37,383 nucleotides of DNA from Candidatus Levybacteria bacterium RIFCSPLOWO2_01_FULL_39_10 (GTDB lineage Bacteria > Patescibacteriota > Microgenomatia > Levybacterales > UBA12049): contig MFOV01000012.1 in assembly GCA_001782515.1 (NCBI GenBank), positions 5,832-43,214 of the forward strand, given 5' to 3'. The translations under genes were made by a program, and so were the position numbers. Positions 22,938 through 32,059 of the stretch are shown piece by piece. The stretch's first letter is position 1, and every line of letters starts with the position of its first letter. The notes beneath the pieces were generated by a model, which was given only the letters and a program-made list of their open reading frames with translations, made no database searches and was not told where the DNA came from.

Positions 22938-23879
22938 ATGGGAAACGCAAAACAAAAACTGACTATTATTTTATTATTTTTGCTTCTTCTTATAGTAATT
23001 CCTGTTTTTCTTTATTTCATATCAAAATCTCAAAATATTACCGATAAGAGAATTACCTCTCCTATAGTTAATTTTGTGGAAACAATATCCCGAAGCAAAC
23101 TTAAACATATAGTTGAGAGTAATTTCTCAAAGGAGAAAGGAGAATGGGCTGTTGTTGTCAAAAACTTAAAAACAGGGGAAAGCTTCAAGTATAACGGAAA
23201 TCAAAAGTTTGATTCTGCAAGTCTTTATAAACTTTGGGTAATGGCTGTTGCTAAAGGGCAAATTGAAAACGGCAATTTAAACGAAGGCACTTTATTAAGT
23301 GCTGAGAAAGAAAAACTTGATGAAACTTTATCAACAGTTACACCAACACCAACCCCTCTAGATTTTATTCCAACTCCCACACCAGAGGAATTTAAGAAAG
23401 AAATTATTTCGATGACAGTTTCAGATGCACTCGAGAAAATGATAACAATCTCTGACAATTACTCGGCACTTCTTTTGTCAGCAAGAGTCGGACCATCAAA
23501 TATTACAAGTTTTCTAAAAGATTACGGATTCGATAATTCAAATTACGCTTCTCCACCCGAGACCTCAGCTTCTGACATTGCAGAATTTTTTGAGCTTCTT
23601 TATAAAGGCGAAATAGTTAGTGAAAAAACCTCAATTGAAATGATTGAAATTTTAAAACAACAAACATTTGATGACAGAATTCCAAAATATTTGCCCAAAA
23701 ATACAGAGGTTGCTCACAAAACTGGAGAACTTTTTGGTGCAAAACACGACGCTGGCATTGTTTTTAGTAAGGGTGGGGATTATATAATTGTAGTTTTATC
23801 AAAAACAGAAAATGAAAAAGAGGCAGCTGAAAAGATTGCAAGGTTCTCAGAAGAAATTTACAAATATTTTAACAACTAA
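22938..23879 (+). CDS. Serine hydrolase, class A beta-lactamase-like fold
   Basis: SxxK (SLYK), SDN, HKTG, HDAGIV; N-terminal TM helix. Confidence 0.88.
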   Translation: MGNAKQKLTIILLFLLLLIVIPVFLYFISKSQNITDKRITSPIVNFVETISRSKLKHIVESNFSKEKGEWAVVVKNLKTGESFKYNGNQKFDSASLYKLWVMAVAKGQIENGNLNEGTLLSAEKEKLDETLSTVTPTPTPLDFIPTPTPEEFKKEIISMTVSDALEKMITISDNYSALLLSARVGPSNITSFLKDYGFDNSNYASPPETSASDIAEFFELLYKGEIVSEKTSIEMIEILKQQTFDDRIPKYLPKNTEVAHKTGELFGAKHDAGIVFSKGGDYIIVVLSKTENEKEAAEKIARFSEEIYKYFNN

Positions 23880-24000
23880 ATTTATTTTTTGAAAAATCTA
23901 GTCTCTTAAATTGGTCTGTTAGCAGTAAATACAACAAAGACTCATAGCTATTTCCTCAAACTTAAATGAGAAAACATTAGAGTTTTTATTGCAAAATCTA

Positions 24001-24684
24001 TTAGGATTTTTGTTTTTTGGCTTTAGTCTCATATTCTTTAACAGTTGAATCATATGAATATGCTTCGGGAACATAAGACTGTGCCATCTGACTCATTTGA
24101 TATTGTGTTCCAACACCAACTCCGGCAATAACAACCCATACCAATATCCAGAACCAAGACTCAGCAATGTATGGTTCAATAAGAGCAAGTCCAAGCTGGC
24201 TTGGTGGAATCTGTACGAAAAGAACAAGCACCCCGCCAATCAAAGCTGACGCTCCTGCAAAAGCTGTTATTACCATTATGTATATTTTCGGCATGTCTCC
24301 TTTCCAGAAAAGGTAACCGAGAGCAACAGCTCCGATTACCCCAACCATAAAAGACATGAATCCTCCGAATCCTATTGGAAGCATAATGCCAGCTCCCAAA
24401 GTGTATCCGAGAATAAGGCCCGCTAAAAGAATTGCTAAGGAATATACAAAATAGGCAACAGCTGCAAAAATTACACCCAAGACTACTCCCACAACAAGTC
24501 CAAGAGAAACCCCTAAGAATGGATAATTTGATGCAAAGTTACTAACGAGATCAAGTCCAAGCCATAGCCCTCCGAAAAATCCAAGAATTGGAAGGAGCAC
24601 TCTGAAAGCAGCATAGCCCATGAATGTAAGTCCAAGTCCAAGGACTATCGCCAAAAATGAAAATAATAAAACTTCAAGTAACAA
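24001..24684 (-). CDS. DUF4203/TMEM198-like membrane protein
   Basis: Gly-rich TM helices, GY..FR.LLP..GF..G, TAFAGA; AGGAGGTGA RBS before a TTG start. Confidence 0.75.
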   Translation of the reverse strand: MLLEVLLFSFLAIVLGLGLTFMGYAAFRVLLPILGFFGGLWLGLDLVSNFASNYPFLGVSLGLVVGVVLGVIFAAVAYFVYSLAILLAGLILGYTLGAGIMLPIGFGGFMSFMVGVIGAVALGYLFWKGDMPKIYIMVITAFAGASALIGGVLVLFVQIPPSQLGLALIEPYIAESWFWILVWVVIAGVGVGTQYQMSQMAQSYVPEAYSYDSTVKEYETKAKKQKS

Positions 24685-24782
24685 AGTTATTCACCTCCTT
24701 TCTTAAGATTAGATTACATTTTTCAGCCTCGATTTACAATATATCAAAGGGTATATTATGTGCTCAAACTAGAGAGCGGGGA

Positions 24783-25577
24783 TTACTTATTTATAAAAGT
24801 TGCCTGTAAGGAGCCACTGCTGTCTAGCAGTTCTAGGCCATCGAAAGTCATCTGGTAAACTGTAGAATTTTGAAGAGCATTTAAGTATTCTTGTTCTTGA
24901 AGCATAACATCCTCCTCGCATGCAATAAGAGTTACCGCGGGTGTTCCAATACTTATACTATTATTTTCGCCCAAAGCATAAGGCGCGCTATATGAGTTAC
25001 AACTTGAGGTTCCTGTTACTGTTCCGTTTTCAAAAAGTGCGGTAATTTTAGTTCCTATCACCAAAGATACAACTCCACCCCTGCCGTTATTGTAACCAAG
25101 TGCGTTCCAGTCTGTTCCTTCAAGGGCAGGCTCGTCTCTTAGTTTGTAAACTAATAAACCGTTCCCGTTTGAATCTTTTAAATAAAGATTGCTGCCGCTT
25201 ATTTCAAATTTTGTGACATTTTCCAAATGTCTTAAATAAATATTTTCAAGCGTCATGATATCTGGAAGACAGGCTTTTTCAGTAGTTACAAATGGGGAGA
25301 ACTCAATATCGTTTCCGCTGGTTGAATAAGTTCCGCTATATAGATTGCAAAACGCGGTGCCGGTTACTCTTCCGTTATCTTCAAAAATAATGTTTGCAGT
25401 TTGTGTTTCATCGGGAACCTGGTTGGTTTGTTTGCCTTTCGAGTACTCTGTCAAATTCCAATAACCGTAAATTTCCGAGGAATTATTATTAATTAAAGAG
25501 TTGTCCCGCGTAAATAAAAGAAAAAGAGCTGTCAAAATTAAAACAATTCCTATTATTGCAAGTATTGCGTTTTTCAT
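24783..25577 (-). CDS. Double META (HslJ-like) domain protein
   Basis: Two repeats of G..CN.Y...T..AC...E..YL. Confidence 0.85.
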   Translation of the reverse strand: MKNAILAIIGIVLILTALFLLFTRDNSLINNNSSEIYGYWNLTEYSKGKQTNQVPDETQTANIIFEDNGRVTGTAFCNLYSGTYSTSGNDIEFSPFVTTEKACLPDIMTLENIYLRHLENVTKFEISGSNLYLKDSNGNGLLVYKLRDEPALEGTDWNALGYNNGRGGVVSLVIGTKITALFENGTVTGTSSCNSYSAPYALGENNSISIGTPAVTLIACEEDVMLQEQEYLNALQNSTVYQMTFDGLELLDSSGSLQATFINK

Positions 25578-25584
25578 ATATTCG

Positions 25585-26157
25585 CTACAAACTATGCATC
25601 GTGCCTTCTACTATATGGTCGGCAGGAGATGGATCGCCATTATTCGGCTCGATTGTCAGCACATAAAAATCATAATTTGTCAGGTCCTGCCTTGATTTAT
25701 AAATGTTTGTATAGACTCCTCCAATTTTTCGGACAATTCCGGTGCTTAAAAACATGAAAGGGTCCTTTTGTACAATCCAGCCCTCATAAAAATCATCACT
25801 TGTGGGTGTTGGTAAATTTTCAAATGTTGCAAGAAGTGAGTACTGTGCTCCATCATAATTTGATTTTGCAATTCCCACTGCCTCGCCACCTGTATTTATG
25901 TCCCTTACTTCTCTTTTCGTAACATCTGAAAGTTCACCTTCATATTGATATGTAATTTCCTTCATAGCATCTAGATCATTTTCATCGGTTTCAATCATCA
26001 TCTCATCATCAGTTGGCTCACCGGTCATTGATTTCTCCGAAGTATTTTTGTTTATCATACCCAAATCAACTGGTAGGTTATCTGGCTTTAAAAAATAAAA
26101 ACCAATACCCCCGATTATTATTAAAACCAGAAATATAATTATTAATTTCTTAACCAT
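25585..26157 (-). CDS. Membrane-anchored hypothetical protein with RskA C-terminal-like domain
   Basis: FYEGWIV and VLTIEP..DPSPADHIVEG. Confidence 0.6.
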   Translation of the reverse strand: MVKKLIIIFLVLIIIGGIGFYFLKPDNLPVDLGMINKNTSEKSMTGEPTDDEMMIETDENDLDAMKEITYQYEGELSDVTKREVRDINTGGEAVGIAKSNYDGAQYSLLATFENLPTPTSDDFYEGWIVQKDPFMFLSTGIVRKIGGVYTNIYKSRQDLTNYDFYVLTIEPNNGDPSPADHIVEGTMHSL

Positions 26158-26166
26158 AATTAAGAT

Positions 26167-26301
26167 TTATTTTTTATTCAGATGTTTAAAATATTCAATT
26201 TGCATGAGGCGTTTCTTCGCTTCCTCGTAAGTCCGGTAAGTTCCCATATTTCGTCCTTTCTCAGAGAGAACTCGGAAGCCTTCTTTTACTTTTCTAATCA
26301 T
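26167..26301 (-). CDS. Small basic protein (44 aa, MIRKVKEGFRVLSEKGRNMGTYRTYEEAKKRLMQIEYFKHLNKK)
   Basis: Translated by hand; TGCTATAAT 6 nt before ATG; fills the gap in a co-directional run. Confidence 0.75.
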   Translation of the reverse strand: MIRKVKEGFRVLSEKGRNMGTYRTYEEAKKRLMQIEYFKHLNKK

Positions 26302-26325
26302 ATATAAATTATAGCAAAAGAGTTT

Positions 26326-26790
26326 TTAGATAGATAAAGCATCAAGTGCTTTTAGTGCATAATATTTGACATTCGGAACAATCTCATTATTTTCTTCTAT
26401 TTCTTTCTTTGTAAACCATCTACACTCCTCGTTTAACTCATCTTTCATACCCTGAGTTATTTGATCACTTGTTGCTTTAGCAAAATAAACAAACGTTATG
26501 TGTTCATGTGTTTTGTCAATTTTATGTCTGTTTAAAAAATATGGGGGTATTAACTCTATGGTTTCATCCTTTTCATAATTAGGTCTTAGCTTATCATCCA
26601 GTTCAATATCCAATCCAACCTCTTCTTTAACTTCACGAATCGCCGCCTCAACTGGGTCCTCGTGAAGCTCAATATGTCCACCAATACTCAACCACTTTTT
26701 ATATTTATCATGTCTTCTTAAAAGTACTTTATGTTTATGAACGATAAAAACTTCAACTGTAAAATCGATAAGTTTATGGATGTGTGGCAT
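26326..26790 (-). CDS. NUDIX hydrolase
   Basis: Nudix box GGHIELHEDPVEAAIREVKEEVGL. Confidence 0.92.
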   Translation of the reverse strand: MPHIHKLIDFTVEVFIVHKHKVLLRRHDKYKKWLSIGGHIELHEDPVEAAIREVKEEVGLDIELDDKLRPNYEKDETIELIPPYFLNRHKIDKTHEHITFVYFAKATSDQITQGMKDELNEECRWFTKKEIEENNEIVPNVKYYALKALDALSI

Positions 26791-26833
26791 GGAGAGATTA
26801 TAACAAATTGAACTTGTATTGTAGAATGAGTTT

Positions 26834-27127
26834 ATGGCGAGAAAGGACCTGCCTGCCGGCAGGCAGGAGTGGTCGAATGAGGTTACTAAACATAGTATTG
26901 CGCTGGATCTTGAAGAAGGGGTTTTTACATGGGATGATCCGAAAAAAATTGCCTCAAGTCTTAAGCGTTCGGCTGATGTTAGTACAAGAAGAAAAGCCTC
27001 ACCTTTTCAATCCGCAATGAGCATGCTTAATTTTTATATTAACCGCGCTGGTAAAAATCTAAACCCTAGGAAAAAGAAAATACTTGAGGAAGCAAAAATA
27101 GAGCTTCGAAAGATATTCACCGAATAA
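26834..27127 (+). CDS. DUF3175-family protein with an N-terminal palindrome-derived insertion
   Basis: WS.EVT.HS.ALDLE.GVFT, SAMSMLNFYINRAGKNL. Confidence 0.85.
   Translation: MARKDLPAGRQEWSNEVTKHSIALDLEEGVFTWDDPKKIASSLKRSADVSTRRKASPFQSAMSMLNFYINRAGKNLNPRKKKILEEAKIELRKIFTE
26848..26867. repeat. Perfect 20-bp palindrome CCTGCCTGCCGGCAGGCAGG inside the CDS
   Basis: Read directly; encodes LPAGRQ. Confidence 0.9.
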
Positions 27128-27165
27128 GGGCAATTATAGCACTTCGCTTTTGCTCAGCGTAAACA
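27128..27165 (-). repeat. Boundary motif GCTATAATTGCCC preceded by CTGAGCAAAAGCGAAG
   Basis: Minus strand CTGAGCAAAAGCGAAGTGCTATAATTGCCC closely matches CTGAGCAAAGTCGAAGGGCTATAATTGCCC in the 76-bp repeats. Confidence 0.8.
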
Positions 27166-27169
27166 GAAG

Positions 27170-27793
27170 TTATTTACTGAATATTGTTATTCCGCCGTTA
27201 GAGCCGGGGAAGTTGAAAGCTTTTTCAAAATCTTTTAGAGTAATTTTTCTTCCTTTGATTGGTGGTAGTCCAGGGTCGTGAAGAATTATATTTCTTCCGT
27301 CAAAATCATAAAGCAAAATGTAATGTAAAGAAAAGCCTGGCTTGTTGTTTAAAATTCTGGAATTTACTTCTACGCTAACCAAAAAGCCGTCTTTTAAGTT
27401 TTCTGTTATTTCATTAACAGATCCTTTTCTTATCTCGTGCTTTACGTTTTTGAGAAATTCCGGAATAAAAGGGATTACTGATTTGATATTGCTTTTGTCC
27501 AGATAATAATCCGCTGTGTCTTTGCCGACCACTTTTCTAAGGTAATCCGGGCCGTCTTTGTAAAGTTTTTTGTAATCGACGGGTTCTACGCTCGTGATTT
27601 TTAAACCTTTTTTTGCAAAGTATGTAAGTCCGGGGAATGTCCAAGTTCCTTTTCTGGAGACAGATTTCATTATTCTATCTATTTCGCGCCAATTTAAATC
27701 TTCACCAAAATAATATTTGCTAAGCATTCGAAAGACTGCGGGACAACAGTGCATGTTATCGGAAGAATTAGCTACAAACGGGATCTTTTTCAT
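27170..27793 (-). CDS. Peptidase C39-like (papain-fold) protein
   Basis: N-terminal HCCPA, HYILLYDFD, ILHDPG. Confidence 0.7.
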   Translation of the reverse strand: MKKIPFVANSSDNMHCCPAVFRMLSKYYFGEDLNWREIDRIMKSVSRKGTWTFPGLTYFAKKGLKITSVEPVDYKKLYKDGPDYLRKVVGKDTADYYLDKSNIKSVIPFIPEFLKNVKHEIRKGSVNEITENLKDGFLVSVEVNSRILNNKPGFSLHYILLYDFDGRNIILHDPGLPPIKGRKITLKDFEKAFNFPGSNGGITIFSK

Positions 27794-27807
27794 GGGGCAA
27801 TTATAGC
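27794..27807 (-). repeat. Boundary/promoter motif GCTATAATTGCCCC directly before ATG
   Basis: Plus strand GGGGCAATTATAGC. Confidence 0.9.
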
Positions 27808-27846
27808 AGGTTTGTTATATAAGCTATGTTATAATCTAAGTCATTA

Positions 27847-28374
27847 ATGAATATAAATTATATATCTTCCGTTGTTGAAATATTTACCCAGCTTACAACA
27901 GCGATTGCAATAATTCTCGGTGGCATTTGGGGATATTGGAATTTTGTGATCAGAAGGACTGGTATATGGAATCTTCAAATGAGTATTTTGCCCCAAGTCC
28001 ATAGTTATCATGGAAAAGACCGCTTACTAATTGTTGTTAATATTACGTTAAAAAATGTTGGTAATGTAAAGATTGTTCCTGGACCAAGCGGATGCAGATT
28101 AACAGTGATTAAATTACCAAAAAATATTAAAGAATATAACGTTTTAGATTGGAAAAAAGGACAGGTGCTGTTTAAAAATATTGACATATTAAGGAATTGT
28201 AAAGTAAATAATAGTTATGAAGGAGGATATGAGCTTGAACCAAATAATGAATATCATGAATTCGAAACATTTATTGTAAAAAAAGGTGATTTGTTAGCGA
28301 TAAGATGTAAATTTTATTGTGAAAACAATAAGGATGTTATTCACGAAAGTACTATATTTCAAGTAAATACCTGA
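27847..28374 (+). CDS. Hypothetical protein with N-terminal TM helix
   Basis: AIILGGIWGYWNF, ITLKNVG; TGTTATAAT upstream. Confidence 0.7.
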   Translation: MNINYISSVVEIFTQLTTAIAIILGGIWGYWNFVIRRTGIWNLQMSILPQVHSYHGKDRLLIVVNITLKNVGNVKIVPGPSGCRLTVIKLPKNIKEYNVLDWKKGQVLFKNIDILRNCKVNNSYEGGYELEPNNEYHEFETFIVKKGDLLAIRCKFYCENNKDVIHESTIFQVNT

Positions 28375-28392
28375 AAAATTACTCTTAATATT

Positions 28393-28530
28393 TTAAAAAG
28401 ATAATTGTTGTTTATAGAAATCAATTGAATTTGTTACAGCGCTATTCCAACCTGATGGCAGCAAATTATGGTCAGCTCCGGGATATTTAAAATAAGTAAC
28501 ATCTACATCATTTTCCTTTAAAGCTTCTCC
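28393..28530 (-). pseudogene. C-terminal fragment of an alpha/beta hydrolase (S9 peptidase-like)
   Basis: Translated by hand: GEALKENDVDVTYFKYPGADHNLLPSGWNSAVTNSIDFYKQQLSF*; carries the catalytic-His motif; 5' side replaced by repeats. Confidence 0.7.
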
Positions 28531-28665
28531 TTTCCCACTTTACTTTCCCACTTGGAATGTGGGAAGCAAGAAATGTGGGAAGCAAGAACCTCGGTTTCAC
28601 TCAGTGCAAGCGCGCAAGGCTACGAAGGATTCATCTTGAGGGTTTCATCCTGAAGGGCAAGGAAG
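28530..28665. repeat. Composite repeat cluster
   Basis: CTTTCCCACTT x2, AATGTGGGAAGCAAGA x2 (TTCCCAC and GTGGGAA are complementary), then a degenerate minus-strand copy of the 76-bp unit. Confidence 0.8.
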
Positions 28666-28679
28666 AAAGAGTATATTGT

Positions 28680-28988
28680 TTAGGATAAAATTCCTGAGAA
28701 GAATATAAGAAGAATAACAACTGTTATTGCGGCAAAAATTCCAAGAGTTTGAAGGAATATATTAACGGCTTCTTTTTTCTTCCCGTCAAAATAAAGCTGT
28801 AGCGGCTGGAAAAGAAAAATATATCCCATAACTGCTGCAGAGAGTGAAAAAAGAGAGAGTGCAGCAATTGGCGCAAGTACAGAATTATCATTAGTTCCTG
28901 AAAACTGCGTACCATAATACATTACACTTGCCACAACTACTATATATAGTACTCCGGCCCCAGCATTGATGATTGGATTCTTAGTCAC
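28680..28988 (-). CDS. Small three-TM hypothetical protein
   Basis: 102-aa hydrophobic ORF, LSAAVMGYIF..P..LYFDGKKKEA. Confidence 0.75.
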   Translation of the reverse strand: MTKNPIINAGAGVLYIVVVASVMYYGTQFSGTNDNSVLAPIAALSLFSLSAAVMGYIFLFQPLQLYFDGKKKEAVNIFLQTLGIFAAITVVILLIFFSGILS

Positions 28989-29084
28989 TTATTTATTATC
29001 AGAATTATAGCACAAACGGGCAATTCCAAAATTTTAAATCTTGCATGAATTTTTAAATATCTTTACTATAAATGTATAGACTAA

Positions 29085-29762
29085 ATGGCGGTTGCGCAGG
29101 AAACACTAAACGCTCCACACCACACCGATTCAGAAGCGGAATCTGCTTTTATCCCCCTAAAAATGACACAACGATCAGTAGACATTGATATCGATTTTTC
29201 AAAAGTAAATCCTGATAATATAATTGGTAAAATATACGAAGATGAATGTTTCAAGAGAGTAATTGAAGAGCTTGGGCCAAGCGAGGTTGCGTATGGTGCA
29301 CATTTTTTAAACAGAGCATTTAACTCTCACCTTAAAGCAAGAGGGGTTTCAATACCAGATGCATTAGTTGGTGAAGTTGATTACTCAACGCAGGTGTTAG
29401 ATCAATCTGGTGTTCCAGTTGATAGGTCCGTAATAAGAGTGAAACGAATTATTGAAGCGCGAACTGGAGAAATCAATGGTATATATAAACTAAAAAGATT
29501 TGGAAACTTAACAGCGGAAATTAGAAGAAATCCGGAATTTTTTACAATGGCAATTAGAAAGTTACTTGCTGGTAGGGGTGGGGTTTTAAATCTTGCTTTT
29601 TTATTTGCTCCGCCCGATGGGGAACTAGAAGTTGATTTTTATTCCCCACATCAACATACAGAAAGAGAAGTAGCTGATGCTAAAAGACAGCTTGGAGAAC
29701 ACCCTTTTAGAAAAATAGGATATAAAACTGTTCCTCTTCCGATTTTCACCCCTGCAGTATAG
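29085..29762 (+). CDS. Hypothetical protein, possibly a degenerate PD-(D/E)xK fold
   Basis: 225-aa ORF; IPDALV...IIEARTG. Confidence 0.6.
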   Translation: MAVAQETLNAPHHTDSEAESAFIPLKMTQRSVDIDIDFSKVNPDNIIGKIYEDECFKRVIEELGPSEVAYGAHFLNRAFNSHLKARGVSIPDALVGEVDYSTQVLDQSGVPVDRSVIRVKRIIEARTGEINGIYKLKRFGNLTAEIRRNPEFFTMAIRKLLAGRGGVLNLAFLFAPPDGELEVDFYSPHQHTEREVADAKRQLGEHPFRKIGYKTVPLPIFTPAV

Positions 29763-29893
29763 AGAATTAAATGGATATTTTATTGCTCGAACGATGGTAT
29801 GTTTATAAAACAACTGACTGGACAAATTACCATAAATATCCAGAATTTACTCTAAAACAAACCCAGCATTGTTAGCAATAAATTAACTACCCA

Positions 29894-30529
29894 TTATAAC
29901 TGTTTTACAAATCTGACTGTATAGTTCCAAAAGTTTCCCAACACTTTATCAAGAATAAAACCTGCCTCCTCTCCTATCTTGATTGTGGTTGATTTAAGCG
30001 GATAATCTGGGTCAGGCAAAAACTCGGTTACTGCTAGAACACCCCCTGGCTTTAACACCCTTCCTGCCTCCTTCAAAGCTTTCTGTTTGTCTGGTGTCTC
30101 TTGAAGGACTGTCACCATATACACTAAGTCAATAGAATTATCTTCAAAGGGTAGTTTGTATGCGCTTCCAAGAATCAACTTGATGTTTTTTATATCCTGA
30201 TTTTCAGGTTTTGTAAGTTTGACTTTTAGCTGCCTTAACATTGCAGGTTGAATATCAAGCGCATACACTTTTCCTGTCTTCCCAACGACTCTTGCAACAG
30301 ATGTCACAAATGCTCCGCTTCCACATCCAACCTCCAATACACGCATACCCTGCTTTATTCCACTACGCTCTATTAACTTATCGGGTGGTTGCATCTCCCT
30401 TCTTATATCACTATCCAGGAATCGTCCAATAAACGCAGGTGCAGGAAAGTGATACCTTTTTCTAAACAGTCTTATAACTACTTGCCATACCAGAAGAACT
30501 CCTAAGATTGTTAATACAATCGTCGTCAT
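29894..30529 (-). CDS. Class I SAM-dependent methyltransferase
   Basis: VLEVGCGSG, ALDIQ, LPFEDNSIDLV, RVLKPGG. Confidence 0.92.
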   Translation of the reverse strand: MTTIVLTILGVLLVWQVVIRLFRKRYHFPAPAFIGRFLDSDIRREMQPPDKLIERSGIKQGMRVLEVGCGSGAFVTSVARVVGKTGKVYALDIQPAMLRQLKVKLTKPENQDIKNIKLILGSAYKLPFEDNSIDLVYMVTVLQETPDKQKALKEAGRVLKPGGVLAVTEFLPDPDYPLKSTTIKIGEEAGFILDKVLGNFWNYTVRFVKQL

Positions 30530-30688
30530 TCCTTAAATTATAGCAACATTTAATGCCTTAAAAACTGCCAACTCGGTTAGATTATTGACAACTCAGCTCC
30601 CCCTATCGGACTTATTCATCAACAGGGAGATTGAGTTTGATGTTAACTTGGAGGATTTTAAGAATTTATATTCAAATCTGAATATTAT

Positions 30689-31174
30689 CTAATTAACTAG
30701 GATATATTTTTCATCCTCGCTGGGTGATTCCCAGTATTTCAAATATTTATCAAACATTTCTCCACTTATTTCAAAGGAATCTATAGGAGGATTTTTACTT
30801 CGTGAAACAACCCTTTCTCTCATTTTCTCTACAGAGCATTCAACATAATATAAAATTGGCTTTGCTCCTGCATTTAATATTTTCTTCTTTATATCGTCTC
30901 TTTGTGATTTAACCCAGAAACCTTCATCTATTATCACATCTTTCCCAGATTCCAAAATTTTGAAAGCAATATTTGTAGCCAATTTCGTTATTTTTCCGTC
31001 ATATACTGCAAAATTCTTATCTGAAGTAATTTTATTTCCATAAATTTTTATAATCCATTCGTCTTTAGTTATGCGAATTGCTCCCGTTTCCTTTTCTAGT
31101 TTTCTAGCAAAAGTAGTTTTTCCCGAACCGATAAATCCGCAGATAACATAAGCAATAGGTTGTTTCTTATTCAT
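30689..31174 (-). CDS. P-loop kinase (AAA_33-like)
   Basis: CGFIGSGKTTFA, DVIIDEGFW. Confidence 0.85.
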   Translation of the reverse strand: MNKKQPIAYVICGFIGSGKTTFARKLEKETGAIRITKDEWIIKIYGNKITSDKNFAVYDGKITKLATNIAFKILESGKDVIIDEGFWVKSQRDDIKKKILNAGAKPILYYVECSVEKMRERVVSRSKNPPIDSFEISGEMFDKYLKYWESPSEDEKYILVN

Positions 31175-31233
31175 TAAGACATTATAACAAAGTGGAATCT
31201 ATTTATATTATGATGGAGCTCTAAAATTACTTG

Positions 31234-31305
31234 CTCCGCAGCTAGGACTCGAACCTAGAACCTTATCCTTAACAGGGATCTGCTCTACCATTGAGCTACT
31301 GCGGA
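31234..31305 (-). tRNA. tRNA-Asn (GTT), CCA not encoded
   Basis: TCCGCAG acceptor stem, GCTC/GAGC D-arm, loop CTGTTAA, CTAGG-TTCGAGT-CCTAG T-arm. Confidence 0.96.
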
Positions 31306-31362
31306 ATGTTTGATAATTATATAAAATTAGCCTCAAGATGTAAACCTGCTATAATTGATCCA

Positions 31363-31521
31363 ATGAAAATAAATGCAGAGTGGCATAAGAAAAATAAAAT
31401 GCCAAAAAATCCAACCGAGGAGCAAAGAATAAAATGGCATATAGCGCATGCCAAAAATTGCGCTTGCTGGCCTATACCCAAAAAACTCCAAGAGATAATT
31501 GACAAAAAATATCCGTCCTAA
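31363..31521 (+). CDS. Small His/Cys-motif protein (52 aa)
   Basis: MKINAEWHKKNKMPKNPTEEQRIKWHIAHAKNCACWPIP; TGCTATAAT 7 nt before ATG. Confidence 0.7.
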   Translation: MKINAEWHKKNKMPKNPTEEQRIKWHIAHAKNCACWPIPKKLQEIIDKKYPS

Positions 31522-31606
31522 TATAATTTGCTAAATTATGAAAACCCGTCACGTTAGAGAAGTGTGATTGTTTAAGTTTTTATAGAGACAAACAGAAAAC
31601 AGTATT

Positions 31607-32032
31607 ATGAAAAAATCCCAAAACAACAAAAAATCCTCTAACGTGATGAATCCCGTAGTTCACTTTGAGATGCCGGCAGTTAATAAAAAAAGAGTTGCGA
31701 AGTTTTACGAAACTGCCTTTGGCTGGGAGACGCAGCAGTTAGGAGCAGAGATGGGTCATTATCTTCTGGCAACAACAACACCTCTTGACAAGAATAGAAT
31801 GCATCTTAATAAAGGCGCCATAAACGGAGGTTTTTTCCAAAAACCAAAAGAAGGCAAGGTGCCTCATCTGGTAATCTCAGTTGATAATCTTAAAAAACAC
31901 ATGGAAATTGTTAAAAAAGCAGGTGGAAAAGTTCTGGGAAAGCCAATGGATATTTCAGGAATTGGAGAATTTGTAATGTTTAAAGACACAGAAGGAAACC
32001 AAGTCGGAATGCTTGAGCCCTCTCAAATGTAG
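31607..32032 (+). CDS. VOC/glyoxalase family protein
   Basis: NPVVHFEMP, FYETAFGW, INGG, FKDTEGNQVG. Confidence 0.9.
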   Translation: MKKSQNNKKSSNVMNPVVHFEMPAVNKKRVAKFYETAFGWETQQLGAEMGHYLLATTTPLDKNRMHLNKGAINGGFFQKPKEGKVPHLVISVDNLKKHMEIVKKAGGKVLGKPMDISGIGEFVMFKDTEGNQVGMLEPSQM

Positions 32033-32059
32033 ATTTATCTCATTTGCTATAATTGCCCC

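Noticed and set aside
22938-23879. Functional beta-lactamase resistance gene
   Set aside because: Fold motifs are present, but a canonical omega-loop ExxLN is not evident and the protein is membrane anchored; more likely a peptidoglycan-related hydrolase.
27120-27145. dif/Xer-like site ATAA-GGGCAA-TTAT
   Set aside because: The symmetry comes from the DUF3175 stop codon and is absent in the other motif copies.
31200-31305. tRNA-Asn 3'-end duplication marking an island att site
   Set aside because: No second copy of the tRNA 3' end was found by eye in the window.
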